The notes beneath the pieces are model-generated. The model was not told the DNA's origin. It searched no databases and worked only from the letters and a program-made list of their open reading frames with translations. The position numbers were made by a program, and so were the translations under genes. From assembly GCA_045628865.1 (NCBI GenBank), contig JAZQQB010000009.1:1-64000 (forward strand): a DNA stretch of 64,000 bases, in the 5' to 3' direction. Numbering within the stretch: position 1 is the stretch's first letter; every line of letters begins with the position of its first letter. Positions 43,285 to 51,803 of the stretch are shown piece after piece. This DNA comes from Lachnospiraceae bacterium. Its GTDB lineage: Bacteria > Bacillota > Clostridia > Lachnospirales > Lachnospiraceae.

Positions 43285-44499
43285 ATGGTTAGTGTACAGG
43301 CAATTGCAGTAACAAGAGAAATTGAGAATCTTTCACCAATACAGATGAATGATTCTCTTACAATATTATCAGGCAAGTTTGGTGGGACTTGTTATGCAAA
43401 GGAAGGGTATGAAACCATCAAGACTCAACCAATTGAGAAAGCATTATCCAGAGCTGAGAATACAGCAAAGAGCGGACACCATTCTGTTTATCAGCATGGT
43501 TGTGTTACTATGGAAGTAAAGTGTTCGAAGATGCTTGCAATGCTTTTAAACTCTATTGGTATTTCCAATACATCTGAAAAAAGTGCGAGATATACAAAGA
43601 TGCAGCCGAAAAGTGCGTTAGAAGAAAAACTGTATTACAAGTGGCATGATATTTTTGTAAAATTGATCAATGAAGAATATCAGGACACCTTTACAGAAAA
43701 AGAAGTCGATAAGTTAGCATTTGAAAATGCAAGATATATGATTTCTGTATTTACACCAACTTCAATGGTATATACTTTACCATTTAGAAATATTTTCTAC
43801 GTACTTGATTGGTGTGAGGGAATGATTGAAAATCTGTCAAAGTTAGAAGGGGGCTTTAATCAAAAACTTAGAGAAGAGTTGATAGAGCTTGTAGATGCAC
43901 TTTCTGGTGTGGTTGGAGATAAGAGAAACTTTCATGATAATAAAAAAGAGCATTTTCGATTTATGCCTTATCAGGCAACTGGTGAGTTAGAGGATGATTC
44001 CTTACCTTATTATGGAGATGTGTATACTTCAAATTATCTGGCGTCCTTTGCATGTATTGCCCAGGAGCAGCGTCATAGAACACTTCGCGTTAAGATTAAT
44101 TTTTCTGGAAAAGATGCAGAGGAATATGGTTTCTATGTTCCTGAGATGATCAAAAATACGGTGTATGAACAAGGTTGGATTGAAGATTTACGTTCTGTGA
44201 AAGAATACTATCCTCAAGCAACATTGTTATTTGTCACAGAGCAGGGTATTTTTGAGGATTTCCAGTTAAAGTGTAAGGAACGTATGTGTGGACGTGCGCA
44301 GCTTGAAATTATGAAGTTAAATGAATGGATGACTGAACAGTTTATGGACCATAAAGAATGTCTATCAAGGGCTAATCAGAAGAGGTTGGAGTGTATGACA
44401 CCAAATGGGGATGTATGTCCAAGATGTATGTTCAAGGACTTTGCCTGTCAGGAAGGTTGTAAATGGGGACCTAAGGGTGCACTTAACAGATTGATTTAA
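43285..44499 (+). CDS. divergent ThyX-fold (flavin-dependent thymidylate synthase-like) protein with C-terminal Cys-rich extension
   Basis: SGHHSVYQHGCVTMEVK aligns to ThyX H.SV.EH/FTFHVK; SNTSEKSARY aligns to S.NE.SGRY; canonical RHR absent at expected site but RHRx8S occurs ~200 aa later; C-terminal CxxGxxCxxC...C...C cluster. Confidence 0.5.
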   Translation: MVSVQAIAVTREIENLSPIQMNDSLTILSGKFGGTCYAKEGYETIKTQPIEKALSRAENTAKSGHHSVYQHGCVTMEVKCSKMLAMLLNSIGISNTSEKSARYTKMQPKSALEEKLYYKWHDIFVKLINEEYQDTFTEKEVDKLAFENARYMISVFTPTSMVYTLPFRNIFYVLDWCEGMIENLSKLEGGFNQKLREELIELVDALSGVVGDKRNFHDNKKEHFRFMPYQATGELEDDSLPYYGDVYTSNYLASFACIAQEQRHRTLRVKINFSGKDAEEYGFYVPEMIKNTVYEQGWIEDLRSVKEYYPQATLLFVTEQGIFEDFQLKCKERMCGRAQLEIMKLNEWMTEQFMDHKECLSRANQKRLECMTPNGDVCPRCMFKDFACQEGCKWGPKGALNRLI

Positions 44500-44642
44500 A
44501 TTGAATGGGGACGAGAAATATTTCTCGTCCCCAACGTCTTCTATGACATTTTAGAATTAAAAATGTATATTTCAGAGGTTATCCCTTTTTCTTTATAAGG
44601 GATTTGATATGATTGCTATATCAAGAAGAAAGGAAACAATGA

Positions 44643-45386
44643 ATGGAAATTAGTCTCATATTTTGTATTACAGTTGTTGTAGCATTATTGATTTGTATTT
44701 CAATTTTTGTTCGAATGCTGAAGAATTTGAGAAATGATTACGATACGGTGATTGCCAGCTATCAGAATCTAGAAATACTAAATCAGACCTTAAGAGCTCA
44801 GAGGCATGATTACATGAATCATCTTCAAGTGGTGATCAGTATGATTGAGCTAGAGGAATACGATAATCTTAAAGATTATTTGGAACCAGTTTATCAAGAT
44901 ATTCAGAAAACGGGAAAAGCACTGAAAACTTCTAAGCCAGCAGTCAATGCTTTGTTGGCAGTAAAAGCCAATGAAACAAAGACAAAGGGAATTGATATGT
45001 ATCTTCAAATCAAATCGAATTTAAAGGAACTGCATATTCCTGATTGGGAGCTTTGCAAGGTATTATCTAATATTATTGATAATGCAGCCACGGCATTAGA
45101 TGGAAGTCAGAAAGAAAAAAAAGAGATTATTGTAGATGTAACAGAAGACCAGGATAGATACATTTTTGAGATATCCAATAACGGACCCAAAATTCCAGAT
45201 GAAATGCAAAAACAGATATTCCAATATGGAGTAACTTCTAAAAAAGAAGAGGGACATGGAATAGGGTTAGCCATTGTTGATAAGGTAGTGAAAGATTATC
45301 ATGGAGAAATTAAGCTTTCTTCGGATGATAAAGAAACAAAATTTATCGTTGTTTTTGATAAAAAGACAGGAGGTGAAAGCAAATGA
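44643..45386 (+). CDS. small membrane-anchored GHKL sensor histidine kinase (SpoB_a/DcuS-like H-box RHDYMNHL)
   Basis: one N-terminal TM, H-box, GHKL ATPase N/G boxes. Confidence 0.7.
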   Translation: MEISLIFCITVVVALLICISIFVRMLKNLRNDYDTVIASYQNLEILNQTLRAQRHDYMNHLQVVISMIELEEYDNLKDYLEPVYQDIQKTGKALKTSKPAVNALLAVKANETKTKGIDMYLQIKSNLKELHIPDWELCKVLSNIIDNAATALDGSQKEKKEIIVDVTEDQDRYIFEISNNGPKIPDEMQKQIFQYGVTSKKEEGHGIGLAIVDKVVKDYHGEIKLSSDDKETKFIVVFDKKTGGESK

Positions 45387-45856
45387 ATACATTTGAAACC
45401 ATCGGATTGATTTTATTGATTTTAGGTTTGATTCTGGTTTTCATTGAAATGCTTTTACCGGGCTTCGGTGCACCGGGAATATCGGGTGCCATCTGCCTGG
45501 TTGTGGGCATAGGAATGATGACGAAAACATTGGAGCAGACGTTGACACTTGCCATTATTGTAGTGGTGGCAATTGCTGTGATGATGACCATTGTCGTTTT
45601 GTTTTTTCATCGTGGACGAGATCGATCGCCAATTAAGTTACAGGAGAAGATGGAAGCTCCAGAGGGATTTTTAAATGAGTCAGATATTAAGTATCTAGTT
45701 GGTAAGGAAGGTGTTGCATTAACCGATTTAAGACCAGCAGGAAAATGTGATATTGATGGTATAACCTTTGATGTAAGATCAGAGGGGCAATACATCAACA
45801 AGGGATCAGTTATCAAAATTGTTCGAGTTGAAGGAAATACATTGATTGTTAAATAG
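45383..45856 (+). CDS. NfeD-family membrane protein (YqeZ-like, OB-fold C-terminus)
   Basis: hydrophobic N-terminus plus C-terminal beta-rich domain; 4-nt overlap with upstream HK. Confidence 0.7.
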   Translation: MNTFETIGLILLILGLILVFIEMLLPGFGAPGISGAICLVVGIGMMTKTLEQTLTLAIIVVVAIAVMMTIVVLFFHRGRDRSPIKLQEKMEAPEGFLNESDIKYLVGKEGVALTDLRPAGKCDIDGITFDVRSEGQYINKGSVIKIVRVEGNTLIVK

Positions 45857-45878
45857 AGCATGATAAGGAGTGAGGATA

Positions 45879-46871
45879 ATGGAAATTAAGATAGCGATTA
45901 TTTCAGTAGTTGCATTGGTTTTGTTATTGTTTTTTACATTTGTACCAGTAGGATTGTGGATTTCAGCAATTGCATCAGGAGTTAAGATTGGTATTTTTGA
46001 CCTAGTTGGAATGAGACTTAGACGTGTTAGACCATCTAGCATTGTACTTGCATTGATCAAGGCAACTAAGGCAGGATTAACCTTAAAAGCGAATCAGTTA
46101 GAGGCACATTATTTAGCTGGAGGTAGTGTAGATCAGGTAGTAAATGCATTGATTGCTGCAGAACGTGCAGGAATTCAGTTGTCATTTGAAAAAGCATCTG
46201 CAATTGATCTTGCCGGTAGAAATGTTTTTGAAGCAGTTAAGATGAGCGTAACACCAAAGGTTATTGAAACTTCTGTAATCTCAGCAGTTGCAAAAGACGG
46301 AATTGAATTGATGGTAAAAGCAAGAGTTACTGTTCGAACAAATATTGACAGATTGATCGGTGGTGCTGGTGAAGATACAGTTCTTGCTCGAATTGGTGAA
46401 GGTATTGTTACTACAGTAGGTTCTGCACAGACTCATAGTGAAGTGTTGGAGAATCCAGATGAAATTTCAAAGGTTATTCTTCAAAAGGGATTGGATGCAG
46501 GTACTGCATTTGAAATCATTTCTATTGATATTGCTGATATTGATATTGGAAGAAACGTTGGAGCGAACTTATTAAGTCTTCAGGCTGAGGCAGATAATAA
46601 GATTGCACAGGCAAGAGCTGAGGAAAGACGTGCAATGGCGGTTGCATTAGAGCAAGAAATGAAGGCCGATGTAGTAAAAGCAAAGGCAGACGTTGTCAGA
46701 GCTGAAGCAGAGGTTCCTAAGGCACTTGCAGAAGCACTTAGAAATGGAAATATTGGTGCAATGGATTACTATACAATGAAAAATGTTATTGCTGATACAG
46801 AAATGAAAACTGGAATTCAGAATGCAACAAATGCCTATGCCAGCAACAAAGAAAATGACAAGAGAGAATAA
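45879..46871 (+). CDS. floA: flotillin-like protein FloA (UPF0365/YqfA family, SPFH)
   Basis: MEIKIAII...[29 protein letters not shown] strongly resembles YqfA/FloA N-terminus. Confidence 0.8.
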   Translation: MEIKIAIISVVALVLLLFFTFVPVGLWISAIASGVKIGIFDLVGMRLRRVRPSSIVLALIKATKAGLTLKANQLEAHYLAGGSVDQVVNALIAAERAGIQLSFEKASAIDLAGRNVFEAVKMSVTPKVIETSVISAVAKDGIELMVKARVTVRTNIDRLIGGAGEDTVLARIGEGIVTTVGSAQTHSEVLENPDEISKVILQKGLDAGTAFEIISIDIADIDIGRNVGANLLSLQAEADNKIAQARAEERRAMAVALEQEMKADVVKAKADVVRAEAEVPKALAEALRNGNIGAMDYYTMKNVIADTEMKTGIQNATNAYASNKENDKRE

Positions 46872-46888
46872 TAAAGTAGGTACTAGTA

Positions 46889-47635
46889 ATGATCAAAGTT
46901 ATGGTGATTGAGGATGAACCAGAAATCAGAAGATTGCTTATAAAAATGATAGAAAGAAAGGAAGGCTTCACAGTTGTCTGTGAGGCCGATTCCAATATGC
47001 AGGCAGTTTCTCTTTTTACTGTGAATCGTCCACAGGTTGTTTTTGTAGATGTGGATTTAAATGGGGAAAATGGATTAGAGTGTGCAAAAGTTTTGACTGA
47101 AATCGATCCAAAGGTAAAGATTATTTTTGCAACTGCACATAGTGAATATATGGCTAATGCATTTGAAATATATGCATTTGATTATTTGTTAAAACCATTC
47201 AAAATTGAGCGAATCATGAAAACTCTTTCCAAAATTGAAGAGATGAATCTGGCAGCTGAGAAAGAAGGAAATGATTCATTGGTGCAGATCTCTGCGAAAA
47301 GTGACGAAGATGATAAGTTATTGATTAAGGGAAAGGAGCAGGTCTTTTTCATAGAGAAAAAGGATATTGTTTTTGTGGAGCGTGAAAACAGTGTTACTAA
47401 TATTATAACTTTGGAAGACTCTTATCATACCTCTACATCCTTAAGTGATTTAGAGGAAAAACTTCCAGAGAATCAGTTTATGCGCTGCCATAAATCTTAT
47501 ATTATCAATGTGAAAAAAATCAGTTCTGTAGAGCCATATGGAAGATGGACCTATGTGGTTCACTTTAAGGGTATGAAAGAAACAGCATTGATCACACATG
47601 AAAAGTATAATGAGATTAAGGATCGATATTTGTAA
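46889..47635 (+). CDS. LytTR-family response regulator
   Basis: receiver domain (VDVDLNG) + C-terminal LytTR domain. Confidence 0.8.
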   Translation: MIKVMVIEDEPEIRRLLIKMIERKEGFTVVCEADSNMQAVSLFTVNRPQVVFVDVDLNGENGLECAKVLTEIDPKVKIIFATAHSEYMANAFEIYAFDYLLKPFKIERIMKTLSKIEEMNLAAEKEGNDSLVQISAKSDEDDKLLIKGKEQVFFIEKKDIVFVERENSVTNIITLEDSYHTSTSLSDLEEKLPENQFMRCHKSYIINVKKISSVEPYGRWTYVVHFKGMKETALITHEKYNEIKDRYL

Positions 47636-47703
47636 TTGTTCAGAGCTATGCGCATGGATTTGAAATAGTTACCGTTATATATGACAAATAAAATAATAGG
47701 GAT

Positions 47704-47731
47704 AAAAAAGAGTGCGAAGCACTCTTTTTTT
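47704..47731 (+). terminator. strong rho-independent terminator
   Basis: agagtgc-gaa-gcactct + 7 T. Confidence 0.75.
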
Positions 47732-47888
47732 GTCTGACAATGTCGATTTTTGACGGAAAGTGAAAAGCGAAAGTACAATATGTTGCTTTATTTTATTTAA
47801 AATATCGTTTATAATGAGTTGATAGAGTGAAAATAGAGTAACCACACTCTGTATACTATCACTGAATCATATCATTGGAGGATCGCTT

Positions 47889-50360
47889 ATGAAAAATACG
47901 CCAAAGGCTAAAGTTCCGTTTGATAAGGAGCATTTTAAACAGGAAGTCATTACTAATTTAAAGACTTTATACAGAAAAAGTATTGATGAAGCAACCGATC
48001 AGCAGATCTTTCAGGCAGTTGCTTATGCATTAAAGGATGATATAGTAGATCAGTGGATGGAAACCCAAAAAAAATATGCTCAGCAGGATGTAAAATATGT
48101 ATATTACATGTCCATGGAATTTTTGATGGGTAGAGCACTTGGAAATATGATGATCAATATCCAGGCATATGATGAGATAAAAGCGGCATTGGAGGAACTG
48201 GGACTTGATCTAAATGTGATTGAAGATCAGGAGCCAGATGCAGCTTTAGGAAATGGTGGCTTGGGACGTTTAGCAGCCTGCTTTTTGGATTCTCTTGCAA
48301 CCTTAAATTATCCTGCATATGGTTGTGGTATTCGATATAAATACGGAATGTTTAAGCAGGAAATTCAGAATGGATATCAGGTTGAAGTGCCGGATAACTG
48401 GCTTGTGGATGGAAATCCTTTTGAACTTCGTCGGCCAGAATATGAAAAAGAGATTCGCTTTGGCGGATATGTAAGAGTAGAAAAGGATGAAAATGGCAGA
48501 GATCATTTCATTCAGGAAAATTATCAGGCGGTTAAAGCAATTCCATATGATATTCCTATTGTTGGTTATGGAAATGGTGTTGTAAATACCCTTCGAATTT
48601 GGGATGCACAGCCAGTTAACTGTTTCCAGTTAGATTCTTTTGATAAGGGAGATTATCAAAGAGCTGTTGAACAGGAAAATTTAGCAAAGAATATTGTAGA
48701 GGTTCTTTATCCAAACGATAATCATTATGCAGGTAAGGAATTACGATTAAAACAGCAGTATTTCTTTATTTCAGCTTCTGTTCAGTCAGCAGTTGCAAAG
48801 TATTTAAAGTCCCATAAGGATATTCGCAAGTTCTATGAGAAGGCAACCTTTCAGTTAAATGATACACATCCAACAGTTGCTGTTGCAGAACTGATGCGTG
48901 TTTTGATGGATGATTATGGATTAAACTGGGAAGAGGCGTGGGAAGTAACAACAAAGACTTGTGCATATACCAACCATACCATTATGGCGGAAGCCCTTGA
49001 GAAATGGCCAATTGAATTATTCTCAAGACTGCTTCCAAGAATTTATCAGATTGTGGAAGAAATCAACCGTCGATTCTTACTAGAGGTTGAAAAGAAATAT
49101 CCAGGCAATCAGGAAAAAGTGCGTAAAATGGCAATTATTTACGATGGTCAGGTTAAAATGGCACATTTAGCCATTGTTGCAGGTTTTTCTGTGAATGGTG
49201 TTGCAAGACTTCATACAGAGATTTTGAAAAATCAGGAGTTACGTGATTTTTATGAAATGTTTCCTGATAAGTTTAATAATAAAACCAATGGTATCACACA
49301 AAGAAGATTCTTGCTTCATGGAAATCCATTGCTTGCAAGCTGGGTAACAGATCATGTGGGATATGACTGGATCACCAATCTGCCAGCCATTGAAAAGCTA
49401 AAAATATATGCAGAGGATCCAAAAGCTCAGGCTGAGTTTATGAATATCAAGTATAAAAACAAGGTTCGTTTAGCAGAGTATATCAAAGAACACAATGGCA
49501 TTGATGTAGATCCAAGATCCATGTTTGATGTTCAGGTTAAGAGACTTCATGAGTATAAACGCCAGTTATTGAATATTTTGCATGTAATGTACTTGTATAA
49601 CGAAGTAAAGGCACATCCAGATATGCCGTTTGTACCAAGAACATTTATTTTTGGTGCCAAAGCGGCAGCAGGCTATAAGACAGCAAAGCTTACAATTAAG
49701 CTGATCAATTCTGTAGCAGATGTGATCAACAATGACAGTTCTATCAATGGAAAAATCAAGGTTGTATTTATTGAGAACTATCGTGTATCCAATGCAGAGC
49801 TTATTTTTGCAGCAGCAGATGTTTCTGAACAGATTTCGACAGCAAGTAAAGAAGCATCTGGAACTGGTAATATGAAATTTATGCTAAATGGTGCGTTAAC
49901 TCTTGGAACAATGGATGGTGCGAACGTTGAAATTGTAGAAGAGGTTGGAGAAGACAATGCCTTTATTTTTGGATTATCATCAGACGAAGTAATTCGTTAT
50001 GAGAATCAGGGTGGGTATGATCCATCTGAGGTATTTAACAACAATCCAGCAGTACGTCAGGTTTTGATGCAGCTGATCAATGGAACCTATGCGCCAAATG
50101 ATCCAGATCTTTTCAGACCACTATATAACTCCTTGTTAAATACAATGGAGGGTGGAAAAGCAGATAGATACTTTATTTTAAAGGATTTCGATTCCTATAG
50201 GGAAGCACAGCAGAAGGTTTCAAGAGCCTATGAGAATCAGGCAGGCTGGGCAAAGAGTGCAATCTTAAATGTTGCCAGTGTTGGAAAGTTTTCATCAGAT
50301 AGAACCATTGAGGAATATGTGAATGATATCTGGAAGTTAGATAAGGTGAAAATGAAATAA
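47889..50360 (+). CDS. glgP: glycogen/maltodextrin phosphorylase
   Basis: EASGTGNMKF PLP-lysine motif, 823 aa. Confidence 0.9.
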   Translation: MKNTPKAKVPFDKEHFKQEVITNLKTLYRKSIDEATDQQIFQAVAYALKDDIVDQWMETQKKYAQQDVKYVYYMSMEFLMGRALGNMMINIQAYDEIKAALEELGLDLNVIEDQEPDAALGNGGLGRLAACFLDSLATLNYPAYGCGIRYKYGMFKQEIQNGYQVEVPDNWLVDGNPFELRRPEYEKEIRFGGYVRVEKDENGRDHFIQENYQAVKAIPYDIPIVGYGNGVVNTLRIWDAQPVNCFQLDSFDKGDYQRAVEQENLAKNIVEVLYPNDNHYAGKELRLKQQYFFISASVQSAVAKYLKSHKDIRKFYEKATFQLNDTHPTVAVAELMRVLMDDYGLNWEEAWEVTTKTCAYTNHTIMAEALEKWPIELFSRLLPRIYQIVEEINRRFLLEVEKKYPGNQEKVRKMAIIYDGQVKMAHLAIVAGFSVNGVARLHTEILKNQELRDFYEMFPDKFNNKTNGITQRRFLLHGNPLLASWVTDHVGYDWITNLPAIEKLKIYAEDPKAQAEFMNIKYKNKVRLAEYIKEHNGIDVDPRSMFDVQVKRLHEYKRQLLNILHVMYLYNEVKAHPDMPFVPRTFIFGAKAAAGYKTAKLTIKLINSVADVINNDSSINGKIKVVFIENYRVSNAELIFAAADVSEQISTASKEASGTGNMKFMLNGALTLGTMDGANVEIVEEVGEDNAFIFGLSSDEVIRYENQGGYDPSEVFNNNPAVRQVLMQLINGTYAPNDPDLFRPLYNSLLNTMEGGKADRYFILKDFDSYREAQQKVSRAYENQAGWAKSAILNVASVGKFSSDRTIEEYVNDIWKLDKVKMK

Positions 50361-50428
50361 AAAGATCCGTGGTATAGGATTATCACAAAAGGGGCTGTTT
50401 TTTACAGTCCCTTTTAAAATGCGTTACA

Positions 50429-51493
50429 TTATAGATATGGTTCCAAAATAACATGCTTAGGCGCAGCACTAACCGGAATACTGGCATCCATAGCATACGG
50501 ATTATTATCGGTATATGGATTATCTGCATATGGATTATCTGCATATGGATTATCGGTATGCTGCTGATTATATGATGCTTCTACACCAGATAAAGCTGGG
50601 TGAATTAAATATGCAGGCATTTTTTCTTCGTCATCTAAGTTTAGAAAAAATTCATCAACATCATCGGGTCTTTCATCAGGTTGTTCCCAACTGTTAGTTA
50701 GAAGCTGATTTGATTCAGATGCATTTAAAACCCTTGGCCCTTGCGCCATCTTATTGGATTCGAACTGATCGGAATAGGATCTGGAGATGGAGTCAACTGA
50801 TATAGAAGATATATGATGAAACAGATCTTTATAACCGTCTAGCGATGAGGTTTGAACTGCGTTTTCAGTTTCGTGATTACCAACAGCTTCCTGATAGGCA
50901 TTATATTCTTTTAGGATAATATTGTACGCATATTCGTAACGCTTAATATTGTAAAGCCGGATTCGTTTGGAAGAACACCTTTTCTGCTCTTTCACACTAT
51001 GCTTATTTCGTGGAGAAATTGGCATTCCATTATAAAGTTTTTTTTCAAGGTTATCAAATTTTAAGATAATATCACCAACATCAAAGAGAGAATCATAAAA
51101 GCTGCGGTCAACAAAGTGAGAATTCAAAGTACGGATTGGAAAGCTATAATGCAATACACCATGTATTCCCTGAAAGATATGAACACGATGTCTGGTAACA
51201 ATAAAATAACTGTTTCGATAATTCAACATACCACGAATCAAAGTAATACAAAAATGAGTGAAAGGGATCAAATTTATTATTAAAATTGTAGTGGCAACTA
51301 TAGGATTTTTGAATAAGCCAAAATGTGTTGTGCCTGTAAGAACAACAAAATGATAGAATTCAAATGCCAATAATAATAAAAGACTTAATAAGCTTTTGTT
51401 AAAGATACTTTCTATAAGTGTAACTGTTTTATCTGGTTTCCCTTGCCATAAAATCTTTTCCTCTGGAGCAATTTCAGAAAAATAGTTGTACAT
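50429..51493 (-). CDS. membrane protein with bPH2 (DUF304, YdbS/YdbT-like) domain and low-complexity C-terminus with DNPYA pentapeptide repeats
   Basis: ILWQGKPDK...2 TM...YFIVTRHRVHIFQG bPH2 pattern; C-terminal DNPYADNPYADNPYTDNNPYA. Confidence 0.55.
   Translation of the reverse strand: MYNYFSEIAPEEKILWQGKPDKTVTLIESIFNKSLLSLLLLLAFEFYHFVVLTGTTHFGLFKNPIVATTILIINLIPFTHFCITLIRGMLNYRNSYFIVTRHRVHIFQGIHGVLHYSFPIRTLNSHFVDRSFYDSLFDVGDIILKFDNLEKKLYNGMPISPRNKHSVKEQKRCSSKRIRLYNIKRYEYAYNIILKEYNAYQEAVGNHETENAVQTSSLDGYKDLFHHISSISVDSISRSYSDQFESNKMAQGPRVLNASESNQLLTNSWEQPDERPDDVDEFFLNLDDEEKMPAYLIHPALSGVEASYNQQHTDNPYADNPYADNPYTDNNPYAMDASIPVSAAPKHVILEPYL
50495..50557. repeat. ~4 tandem copies of 15-bp unit atatggattatctgc (coding, encodes DNPYA repeats on minus strand)
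   Basis: seen directly in sequence. Confidence 0.8.
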
Positions 51494-51803
51494 GGTAATA
51501 CTCCTAAATATAATATCATCATCACATATGAATAAAAGTGCATCAATATAATTATAGTACTATGGTACTATATATGCAAGAGTTTAAAAAATGATAAGAA
51601 AAATACAGAATAAAAAATATAATTGCTTCGGATTTCTTTTTGACAAATTTCGTGAAAAGTATTGAAGAAAATATGAAAATCTTGTATATTAACTAAGAAT
51701 GTATACATGTGTACTATTTTGTATACAATTTGTTTTTACTGTTTTTTTTCTTAGTAATATTAAGAAAAAATGGATGTGTAAGTCTTTATGTTGGAGGTTT
51801 TTT

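Noticed and set aside
51699-51803. ORF-tool N-terminal extension of aconitase ([10 protein letters not shown]...)
   Set aside because: Region is AT-rich promoter DNA containing palindromic boxes; a strong GGAGG RBS precedes ATG at 51804, so the extension is not translated.
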